Positions 48,593 through 55,468 of a DNA stretch of 55,468 nt are shown here, piece after piece. Positions within the stretch are counted from its first letter, which is position 1, and each line of letters opens with the position of its first letter. Origin of the DNA: a virus (lineage: Duplodnaviria; Caudoviricetes); the IMG/VR virus record IMGVR_UViG_3300028027_000070, positions 1 through 55,468 of that record. The stretch is one strand, 5' to 3'. Position numbers and translations under genes: made by a program. The notes below the pieces were generated by a model that saw only the letters and a program-made list of their open reading frames with translations, was not told the DNA's origin and made no database searches.

Positions 48593-49456
48593 ATGAAAAA
48601 CAAAAAACCTGGTATTACCAATGGCATGTCCATTGATAAACCACAAGCCTGGATCGCAGTATCCAGCAATCGTCAGAAAATCTACGACGTAAACACAGGA
48701 GCTGAAAAAGTATACCTGGATGATGGACAGGAGTTTCAAATCGAACTCTATAATCCCACACAAATTTCTTATGTAGCTAAGATCTACATAAACGGTCAAA
48801 TCATTAGTTCTTCTGGATTGGTTTTAAAACCAGGCCAGAGATATTTCCTTGATAGATTTATAGATGAGAATAAAAAGCTTATCTTTTCGACCTACGAGGT
48901 TGAAAACACGAAGGGAGCTAAAGAGGCAATTTTAAAGAATGGTAATCTTAAGGTTGATTTCCACGCAGAGTATTTTCAGAACTTTGGATGGAACAATATG
49001 GGAACATCAACTTTCACCCAATACCCAAGCACATTAACAATTCCTACCAACACTATCTTTAGGGACTATGGAACTTATTCCACACCAATTTCTACATTTA
49101 GCACTAGTAACAATATAAGTTACACAAGCGGAACAACAAATACGTATTTTTGTGCTCAGAACACAATGAGCACACTGGGTTCTCCTGTGACTTCTGACAG
49201 TACTGTAAGATCCAAGTCAGCTAATAGTATAGAAACTGGAAGAATAGAGAAAGGTGGTAAATCCAATCAGAGTTTCGATAATGATAATGGAACTTATAAT
49301 TCCTATGCATCTTGGACTTCTGAATATAAGATATTACCAAGATCCGCTAAACCTGTAGAGGTTTCGGAAATCAGATCATACTGTCCAGGGTGTGGTACTA
49401 GAATGAAAAAGCAAAACTGGAAATTCTGTCCAACTTGCGGAGAGTCACTGGACTAA
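48593..49456 (+). CDS. Hypothetical protein with beta-rich N-terminal domain and C-terminal double zinc ribbon
   Basis: CPGCG...FCPTCG; S/T-rich linker. Confidence 0.7.
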   Translation: MKNKKPGITNGMSIDKPQAWIAVSSNRQKIYDVNTGAEKVYLDDGQEFQIELYNPTQISYVAKIYINGQIISSSGLVLKPGQRYFLDRFIDENKKLIFSTYEVENTKGAKEAILKNGNLKVDFHAEYFQNFGWNNMGTSTFTQYPSTLTIPTNTIFRDYGTYSTPISTFSTSNNISYTSGTTNTYFCAQNTMSTLGSPVTSDSTVRSKSANSIETGRIEKGGKSNQSFDNDNGTYNSYASWTSEYKILPRSAKPVEVSEIRSYCPGCGTRMKKQNWKFCPTCGESLD

Positions 49457-49532
49457 TATAATATCGTACAAAGGCACCTCGATATAATAAAAATTAATCC
49501 TTATGGGATATATAATTAAAAAATACACAAAG

Positions 49533-49985
49533 ATGGAAAGAATAGCTTCATTTGAACAATTTAAAAATAATGAAAAACCTGAAATCGTAAACAACGAGGA
49601 GGTTTTAGCAGTAACAAACGAGAGCAATAATGACGATAGAAAGCATTATATGTTTTTTAGAAATCTTGCAACGATAAAACATCACGTTGAGGAAATATTA
49701 AAGATGGATCCTGATAAAGTTGATGAACTTTTAAACAATGGTCATGATTGGGCTTCTGACCATATAGCAACATCTAAGGATGACGTTCAGGAAGTTTCTG
49801 AATGGTTGATGGGTGAATTTGCAGATTCAACCGAATCTGATGATGAAGATGAGGATGAGGACGAAGAATATGAGGAGGAAGAAGTTGAAACTGACGAGGA
49901 AGACGAAACTGACGAGGAAGATAATGAAGAAGAGGAAGTTGAGACCGAGGAGACTGAGGAAGAAACAACTAAACAACAAATATAA
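49533..49985 (+). CDS. Hypothetical protein with CTS-like N-terminus and acidic tail
   Basis: Starts MERIASFEQFKNNE; GATATATA at 49507; poly-E/D tail. Confidence 0.7.
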   Translation: MERIASFEQFKNNEKPEIVNNEEVLAVTNESNNDDRKHYMFFRNLATIKHHVEEILKMDPDKVDELLNNGHDWASDHIATSKDDVQEVSEWLMGEFADSTESDDEDEDEDEEYEEEEVETDEEDETDEEDNEEEEVETEETEEETTKQQI

Positions 49986-50004
49986 TATCCGCCATAAAAA
50001 AACT

Positions 50005-50031
50005 AAAACCAGCTATTAAGCTGGTTTTTTT
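50005..50031 (+). terminator. Intrinsic terminator
   Basis: AAAACCAGCT-ATTA-AGCTGGTTTT plus T run. Confidence 0.8.
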
Positions 50032-50121
50032 GTGGAACATAATTGTTATTTTAAATATGATATCTGATTATTTTTTTTAATCGAATTTTTATATTATATT
50101 TGCATTTTAAAAAGATTAACT

Positions 50122-50295
50122 ATGGAAACAACACATTTAGTATTAAACGTATTAGGCTGGGTATTCTTATTGGGCTCTTGGGCAATTTATTTTTTCAATA
50201 AGAAGAAAGAAATGAGATTATACAGGATACAACTTGCAGCTAATGTAATAGCATTAATTTGCTTTGCTACCAATCTAATATTAAAATTTACATAA
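50122..50295 (+). CDS. Small two-TM membrane protein (57 aa, not in the ORF track)
   Basis: Translates as METTHLVLNVLGWVFLLGSWAIYFFNKKKEMRLYRIQLAANVIALICFATNLILKFT; first gene after the early promoter at 50095; stop overlaps the next ATG. Confidence 0.65.
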   Translation: METTHLVLNVLGWVFLLGSWAIYFFNKKKEMRLYRIQLAANVIALICFATNLILKFT

Positions 50296-50927
50296 TGGTA
50301 GACTTTGATAAAGATACCCGGGATTTTTTCGAGGACGTTAAAGGTAGACCAAGACCCAACTTCTTCAGAAGGATTTGGATGTGGTGGGATCATGACGGTA
50401 AATATTTACATAAAGAAATTAAATGGGGGATCCAGAATCTTATCTATTGGTTTCCTGTAATATGGAAAGATCGTAATTGGGACGGCAATTACATTTTTGA
50501 GGTAATGAAACATAAATTAGTATCTCAAGCCAATTATATTGGTCGTAGAGATTTTCATACAAGAGCACAACAAGATGCACGAAATATGAGAATCTGTGTT
50601 AAATTAATACAGAATATACAAGATGATGTTTATACATTAGAATATATGGATTATGCTAAAGATAGACATTGGTTCGAACCTTGTAATGATGGAACAGGAA
50701 ACTCCACTTGGGAGAGCGAGAATATTTGGGAAAAATATGACGATTACTTCAAAAAATACCCATTAGTTTACAAGAGAGTAATGAGAGGCGAAGGATTTAC
50801 TTCCCTGGAAGGCAGAGAAGATGATAAGCACGTGATTGCTTTGAGCATGGCACATCTAAATCATCAGAGAGCCAAATCCCTATTATTTAAAATAATGGAC
50901 ACACAGATTGAAGGCTGGTGGGATTAA
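50295..50927 (+). CDS. Hypothetical phage protein
   Basis: WFPVIWKDRNWD motif and C-terminal WWD. Confidence 0.7.
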   Translation: MVDFDKDTRDFFEDVKGRPRPNFFRRIWMWWDHDGKYLHKEIKWGIQNLIYWFPVIWKDRNWDGNYIFEVMKHKLVSQANYIGRRDFHTRAQQDARNMRICVKLIQNIQDDVYTLEYMDYAKDRHWFEPCNDGTGNSTWESENIWEKYDDYFKKYPLVYKRVMRGEGFTSLEGREDDKHVIALSMAHLNHQRAKSLLFKIMDTQIEGWWD

Positions 50928-50940
50928 TTTATAAATATAA

Positions 50941-51153
50941 ATGAGAGCTGAAACGATGATTATTATAATAATTTGTATAGCACTTTTCTGTGTTGTTGCA
51001 CTATGGGTTTCGGGTATTGATTATATGCAAAAGAATCATCCTGATTATAAGGGCAATGATTTTTTCAATGAACTGGATGGACCAGATTTTAGTCACGAGG
51101 AGAATGATCTCTATTATGACACTAAAGATAACGAAGAAGAAAAAGATGACTAG
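50941..51153 (+). CDS. Small membrane-anchored protein
   Basis: N-terminal TM helix, acidic tail. Confidence 0.6.
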   Translation: MRAETMIIIIICIALFCVVALWVSGIDYMQKNHPDYKGNDFFNELDGPDFSHEENDLYYDTKDNEEEKDD

Positions 51154-51571
51154 AAGACTAAATGAGCACCTGTCACATGAAATAATGGGTGATAACAAAG
51201 AACTCCAAGAACCACCCAGGGTTGAAGATAAGAATAAATCATTTTATAATGTCTATTTTAAAAATAAAAAATCAGGAATAGGAAAGATAGTTAGCGAATA
51301 TAAGAAAGCTACACCGTACGAAATTTGGGAGGGCATAAGAGATAATTTTATTTTTGGATTTATTGGAGCCATGCTTGTTGTTTTTATAGCAACACGAACA
51401 GATATCGCTGTCCTATTGGGATATTTCCTTTATTATTCATTCATGGGTAAAATTGTAAATAGACCAAAATATGTAACAGATCTAGGAAAACTGATTGTTT
51501 TCCCAATCCCTTCCGCTCTCGGTGCATTTGCAGGATATAAGATTTCATATATTTTAATTCATTTAATTTAA
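51146..51571 (+). CDS. Hypothetical membrane protein
   Basis: About three TM segments in the C-terminal half. Confidence 0.6.
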   Translation: MTRRLNEHLSHEIMGDNKELQEPPRVEDKNKSFYNVYFKNKKSGIGKIVSEYKKATPYEIWEGIRDNFIFGFIGAMLVVFIATRTDIAVLLGYFLYYSFMGKIVNRPKYVTDLGKLIVFPIPSALGAFAGYKISYILIHLI

Positions 51572-51583
51572 AACTAATAACTA

Positions 51584-52075
51584 ATGTCATACTCAAGATG
51601 GTCAAATAGCCGATGGTATACATTCCATACTTCATTCAGTGGGGATACTAAGGAATCACAGGCGTTCGAGGTCATGATAGATTTTGCCAGGACTAGGGTA
51701 TTTACTTATGGTGAATTGGTTAGAGATATGGATGGATGTATTTCCGAGATACGTGATCTATGTTCGAATCCAATCGAGTATAGAACACCAAAAGAAATAA
51801 TAACAGAGGAATATAAAGAGGATCAAACAACCATATTTGATAGAATGATGTATGTAACCGAGGTGTCGGAGGGTGATCCAGCAACGGATGGGGAATTGAA
51901 AGAGCTTATGGTCTATATGAAGAACTTCATTGCCGATGTTGAGTGGGATTATTCAATTGGTGGAAAAATTAGTGATTATTTAATAGGTGTAGACTTAAAA
52001 ATAATTAGTAAATTTGGATGGTGGCTAAAACATAAAATACAACCAAAGAGAAAAAAATACATAAAGTATGAATAA
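51584..52075 (+). CDS. Hypothetical protein
   Basis: Starts MSYSRWSNSRWY. Confidence 0.65.
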   Translation: MSYSRWSNSRWYTFHTSFSGDTKESQAFEVMIDFARTRVFTYGELVRDMDGCISEIRDLCSNPIEYRTPKEIITEEYKEDQTTIFDRMMYVTEVSEGDPATDGELKELMVYMKNFIADVEWDYSIGGKISDYLIGVDLKIISKFGWWLKHKIQPKRKKYIKYE

Positions 52076-52286
52076 TAACGAATTTGAATACAACAAAAAA
52101 ACCGGAATCATTAAGACATGTTCACCTGATATGTTGGACTCATCTAAACCTGGATCTGGTATAGTTATAGAGATATCTGATACCTATATAAACTCATTAC
52201 CTAATGACATGGAACTTGGTCATAATGTGAGAAAGATGTTAATGGAACTTTTGAATTTTAAAAAATCCATGGAAATAAAAAAATAA
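52068..52286 (+). CDS. Hypothetical protein
   Basis: Coupled ORF containing PNDMELG. Confidence 0.6.
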   Translation: MNNNEFEYNKKTGIIKTCSPDMLDSSKPGSGIVIEISDTYINSLPNDMELGHNVRKMLMELLNFKKSMEIKK

Positions 52287-52504
52287 TGATTAGTAATATC
52301 AAAAATTTATTCATTTTATTCTTATTGACGAGTTTATTCTCCTGTAAAACTGTAGAGGAAAGGATTTATGATCATTCGTACACAAATGAGTGGCATTATA
52401 TAGATACCATGAGATTCCAGGTTTATCAAACCAAGAATGGTAGAAAGTATATCATCGTATTAAATAACAGACAAACTAGATTTGTAAGACAGTACATAAA
52501 ATGA
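52286..52504 (+). CDS. Putative lipoprotein
   Basis: Hydrophobic signal followed by an LFSC lipobox. Confidence 0.6.
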   Translation: MISNIKNLFILFLLTSLFSCKTVEERIYDHSYTNEWHYIDTMRFQVYQTKNGRKYIIVLNNRQTRFVRQYIK

Positions 52505-52794
52505 GCGAAATAGAAAAATGTGATGATTGTGATTCTCCCGCGGTATGGTTTTATATGCCCGGAGATTACCAAAGATGTGAGGAACATGTTCATCGAGGTT
52601 GTTCGTGTAACGAATACTCAGTAGTTGCTGAACATTACCATCCACCAGGTGGGATTCATCCGGAAGAGGATACTAAGGAAGGGGTTGATTGGATTTGGAC
52701 TAATGAGGAAAAAACTTCATGGGCTAATATCGACAGTAAAGGTAGGAGATGGCCATGTTGCGAGTGGGATTATGATGGACCGGACATGGATTAA
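52501..52794 (+). CDS. Cys-rich hypothetical protein
   Basis: CDDC...CEEH.HRGCSC...PCCE. Confidence 0.65.
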   Translation: MSEIEKCDDCDSPAVWFYMPGDYQRCEEHVHRGCSCNEYSVVAEHYHPPGGIHPEEDTKEGVDWIWTNEEKTSWANIDSKGRRWPCCEWDYDGPDMD

Positions 52795-52923
52795 AATAAG
52801 CTTGTTTAAGCGAATCTATTTTTAAATGTATATGTTTTAGAGTAAAATGAATTTTAGTTCATGTACGTGCAAATAAACAATAGATAAAAGTATTAATAAT
52901 AGTATATCGATAAAAATAAACAT

Positions 52924-53367
52924 ATGAGTAGTGAAATTATCAATGAAAAATTAGAGGAAAAAACAATCTGGAATGACCAGGAGTTTGTTGAAGCTTTTGA
53001 AGAATGTAAAGATGAGCACACCTCGGAGATTACAGAAACGAATAAGCCTTGGAGGTATGATATAGATCCGGAAGAGCTTGGACTTGATAGTCTTAAGGTT
53101 GAGCCGGTTTTTATTTGTAATGGGAATTCACAAAAATGTAGACTTACAAAAACGCCTATAGCTAGAAATACTGATCTTAATAAGAACTTCTCAGCTATAA
53201 AACCAAAGAAGCTCAAGAAGGAGCTTGTATCACATATAAAGGAAAATTACTCCCACGTTAATAGCATAATAGAGCATAGACAATCAGCGGTATCTTCTGA
53301 TAGAGTTGTTGATATGGTCTATTACACAGTTCATGGAATTAAGATAAAATCAAATGGAGAATTATAA
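52924..53367 (+). CDS. Hypothetical protein
   Basis: 147-aa ORF. Confidence 0.55.
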   Translation: MSSEIINEKLEEKTIWNDQEFVEAFEECKDEHTSEITETNKPWRYDIDPEELGLDSLKVEPVFICNGNSQKCRLTKTPIARNTDLNKNFSAIKPKKLKKELVSHIKENYSHVNSIIEHRQSAVSSDRVVDMVYYTVHGIKIKSNGEL

Positions 53368-53587
53368 AAAATTAAGAGAAGTTGGGGATACTGTGTATCT
53401 TGATGGGTGTACAGCAATGGCTCAACAGAATGCCGAGTTTGTAAAGATAACCAAGGTAGATTGGAGATTTGACGAGAAGACTGGTGAGAAATTTCCAGTA
53501 TATCATATCGGCGACGGTGAATGGTATGACGGCAGGGATGGTGGATGCTATAGTAAAAAGGAATCAATGTATTATTTAGACCTATGA
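53354..53587 (+). CDS. Hypothetical protein
   Basis: ORF coupled to its neighbours. Confidence 0.6.
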   Translation: MENYKKLREVGDTVYLDGCTAMAQQNAEFVKITKVDWRFDEKTGEKFPVYHIGDGEWYDGRDGGCYSKKESMYYLDL

Positions 53588-54072
53588 AAATATCAAAAAA
53601 TGACAGACTATTACCTCACTTAGGTTTATTAAACTTCGAGGGTGATGCAGTAAGAGCATACAAAAAATTAGACGGTGAAAATTTCATTATTGTTGACGAT
53701 CATCTTGAAATTATAGCGGAGTGGGACAGATTGGAGATTTTTGAGTTTCTTAGAGGTGACTTCACAGTAACAACAAGCTATGGAAAGGAATATAGATACA
53801 CAGACTGGAACAATGATTGTAAACCAAGAGAAGAAAAATTGGATCTATTTATTGGTATAGTGGATCTTCCTGTTGTTGTTAATAGAATAACTGAACTTCT
53901 TCTTAGTGTCAATGAGAATGATCTGAAGAGAAATCTAATAACAGATATGCAAATGATGACTGAACGATCAATGACTCCGTCCATTGGAGTTAAATACGAG
54001 AATGGAACTGAGATCATTCATAGGGATGTTAGTGATATTATAAAATTTCTAGAATCATTAAAGAATGAATAA
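53584..54072 (+). CDS. Hypothetical protein
   Basis: ORF coupled to its neighbours. Confidence 0.6.
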   Translation: MKISKNDRLLPHLGLLNFEGDAVRAYKKLDGENFIIVDDHLEIIAEWDRLEIFEFLRGDFTVTTSYGKEYRYTDWNNDCKPREEKLDLFIGIVDLPVVVNRITELLLSVNENDLKRNLITDMQMMTERSMTPSIGVKYENGTEIIHRDVSDIIKFLESLKNE

Positions 54073-54253
54073 AGAGTTGGTAAGAGTTGGTTTTAGATCC
54101 GATGATCTGAACTTCGATTGGCAATCGGCCATAGGAAATAGCCCAGGATATGAATTTGTCAACTCTATGAAAATAGAAAACAAAGAGAACATGAATTGGC
54201 CAAAGTGGACAATTATCGTTGACTATAAAAGAAATAAAGATGGCAAAAATTAA
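54065..54253 (+). CDS. Hypothetical protein
   Basis: ORF coupled to its neighbours. Confidence 0.55.
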   Translation: MNKELVRVGFRSDDLNFDWQSAIGNSPGYEFVNSMKIENKENMNWPKWTIIVDYKRNKDGKN

Positions 54254-54509
54254 ATTACTTACCGACGTTGATGTTGTATGGTGGGCAGAAACAATACAAG
54301 CAGACGCAGAAATCGACGGTGAAAAGGTCACATTTAGATATCATGAAAACCCAAAAGGTGTTGAACAATATATTTATGATCAGGACAGGGGTTGGATCCA
54401 GGACTATGATCCTAAATTTGAACCCTTATTTGATATCTGCGGTCAATTAGAAATCAATAAGAATTCCAAACTAGGAGAGGAATTCGAGAGCGAAGAGGAA
54501 GAAGAATAA
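54240..54509 (+). CDS. Hypothetical protein
   Basis: Acidic ORF coupled to its upstream neighbour. Confidence 0.6.
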   Translation: MAKIKLLTDVDVVWWAETIQADAEIDGEKVTFRYHENPKGVEQYIYDQDRGWIQDYDPKFEPLFDICGQLEINKNSKLGEEFESEEEEE

Positions 54510-54526
54510 TTAAATAATAAATAAAA

Positions 54527-54958
54527 ATGAGCAAAGTAAAAATTTCAACAGACAGAGGTGACATGGTTGCAGAACTATACGATCAAGAAACACCTATCAC
54601 GGCTAATAACTTCCTAAAATTAGCAAACGGTGGATTCTATAATGGATTAAATTTCCATAGAGTTATTCCAAATTTTGTTATTCAGGGTGGATGTCCAACA
54701 GGTACCGGACAAGGCGGACCTGGTTACAATATCCCTTGTGAAGTTACTGCACCAAATCAATTCCACGACAGAGGGGTTCTTTCAATGGCACACGCAGGAA
54801 GAAACACAGGTGGATCCCAATTCTTTATTTGTCATAGCAGACAAAACACAGCACACCTTGACGGAAATCATACATGTTTTGGAAGAGTTACTGAGGGTCT
54901 TGATGTGATTGATCAAATCCAACCAGGTGACAAGATAGTATCAATCTCTGTAATCTAA
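54527..54958 (+). CDS. Cyclophilin-type peptidyl-prolyl isomerase
   Basis: FYNGLNFHRVIPNFVIQGG, LSMAHAG and GSQFFI motifs. Confidence 0.95.
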   Translation: MSKVKISTDRGDMVAELYDQETPITANNFLKLANGGFYNGLNFHRVIPNFVIQGGCPTGTGQGGPGYNIPCEVTAPNQFHDRGVLSMAHAGRNTGGSQFFICHSRQNTAHLDGNHTCFGRVTEGLDVIDQIQPGDKIVSISVI

Positions 54959-54964
54959 ATCCAT

Positions 54965-55309
54965 ATGAGCGGAGGTCACTGGGAATATTTGCAGTATAGA
55001 TTTACTGATGTTGCTGAGGACATAAGAAAACTTATTGATAAGAACGGAAAGGAAAAGACTGAAGAAGAGCTTAAATATAGCTATGTGAGCGAAGATTGGC
55101 TTGAAAAATATCCGGGAGATAGATTTCATTATAAGTATTCTAATGAGATGATAGAAAAGTTTAAGGATGGACTTAGACATATTGAGATAGCGCAAATCTA
55201 TATGCAAAGATTAGATTGGCTATTATCTGGTGATGATGGAGATGAATCATTTATGAGTAGACTTGAGAACGATTTAAAAAAATTAGAAGATGAAAATTTA
55301 CGAGGATAG
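54965..55309 (+). CDS. Hypothetical phage protein
   Basis: MSGGHWEY start and DWLLSGDDG motif. Confidence 0.7.
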   Translation: MSGGHWEYLQYRFTDVAEDIRKLIDKNGKEKTEEELKYSYVSEDWLEKYPGDRFHYKYSNEMIEKFKDGLRHIEIAQIYMQRLDWLLSGDDGDESFMSRLENDLKKLEDENLRG

Positions 55310-55468
55310 AATAAAGGAAATCATCAATGATATCTGTGATAAACAATTATTAAAACAACCAATTAGTGTCCCTTCCGCTGGTAAGATGATTTCCACGTAT
55401 AGGGGCAATGATACAGCTATTGAACTATTCGAAGGAGCTGCTAAGGAAACTAAGAGCAACATCTTCAG
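55290..55468 (+). CDS. Hypothetical protein, truncated by the window end
   Basis: MKIYEDRIKEIINDIC... open to the end of the window. Confidence 0.5.
   Translation, partial: MKIYEDRIKEIINDICDKQLLKQPISVPSAGKMISTYRGNDTAIELFEGAAKETKSNIF

Noticed and set aside
1-55468. Stop-codon reassignment, as in some jumbo and Lak-type phages
   Set aside because: Conserved enzymes are full length in the standard code, and TAG/TGA end genes at sensible positions.
1-55468. CRISPR array or tRNA genes
   Set aside because: No regularly spaced direct repeats seen; the only tRNA-like T arm found belongs to the tmRNA.

Overview
AT-rich, gene-dense, almost entirely plus-strand segment of a large T4-like (jumbo-type) myovirus genome, standard genetic code. 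The host is probably a Bacteroidota: TAnnTTTG promoters, A-rich starts without Shine-Dalgarno, Hc1 and DUF4494-like genes, and a GxNN...YAxAA tmRNA tag. It carries replication and recombination genes (RuvC-like resolvase, gp32 SSB, primase, UvsY, UvsW, two-subunit topoisomerase II, sliding clamp, and a family B DNA polymerase split into two genes ~14.3 kb apart). It also carries nucleotide metabolism (gp56-like dCTPase/dUTPase, NrdAB, adenylate kinase, a gp42-like thymidylate-synthase homolog), repair (MBD4-like glycosylase, UvsE, RNase HII), DnaJ, a cyclophilin, two ATP-grasp enzymes and a tmRNA with an unusually long tag. Main observations: (1) a portable T4-CTS-like peptide motif tags about 20 proteins, including a Pol-beta nucleotidyltransferase plus RNA-ligase/HxGH fusion pair, adenylate kinase and a RimK-protease fusion, suggesting an enzyme kit packaged in the virion; (2) three promoter classes can be read directly from the DNA; (3) a dispersed putative cytosine-modification pathway; (4) a candidate structured RNA leader at ~48.5 kb. 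All family calls come from motif recognition by eye, not database searches.
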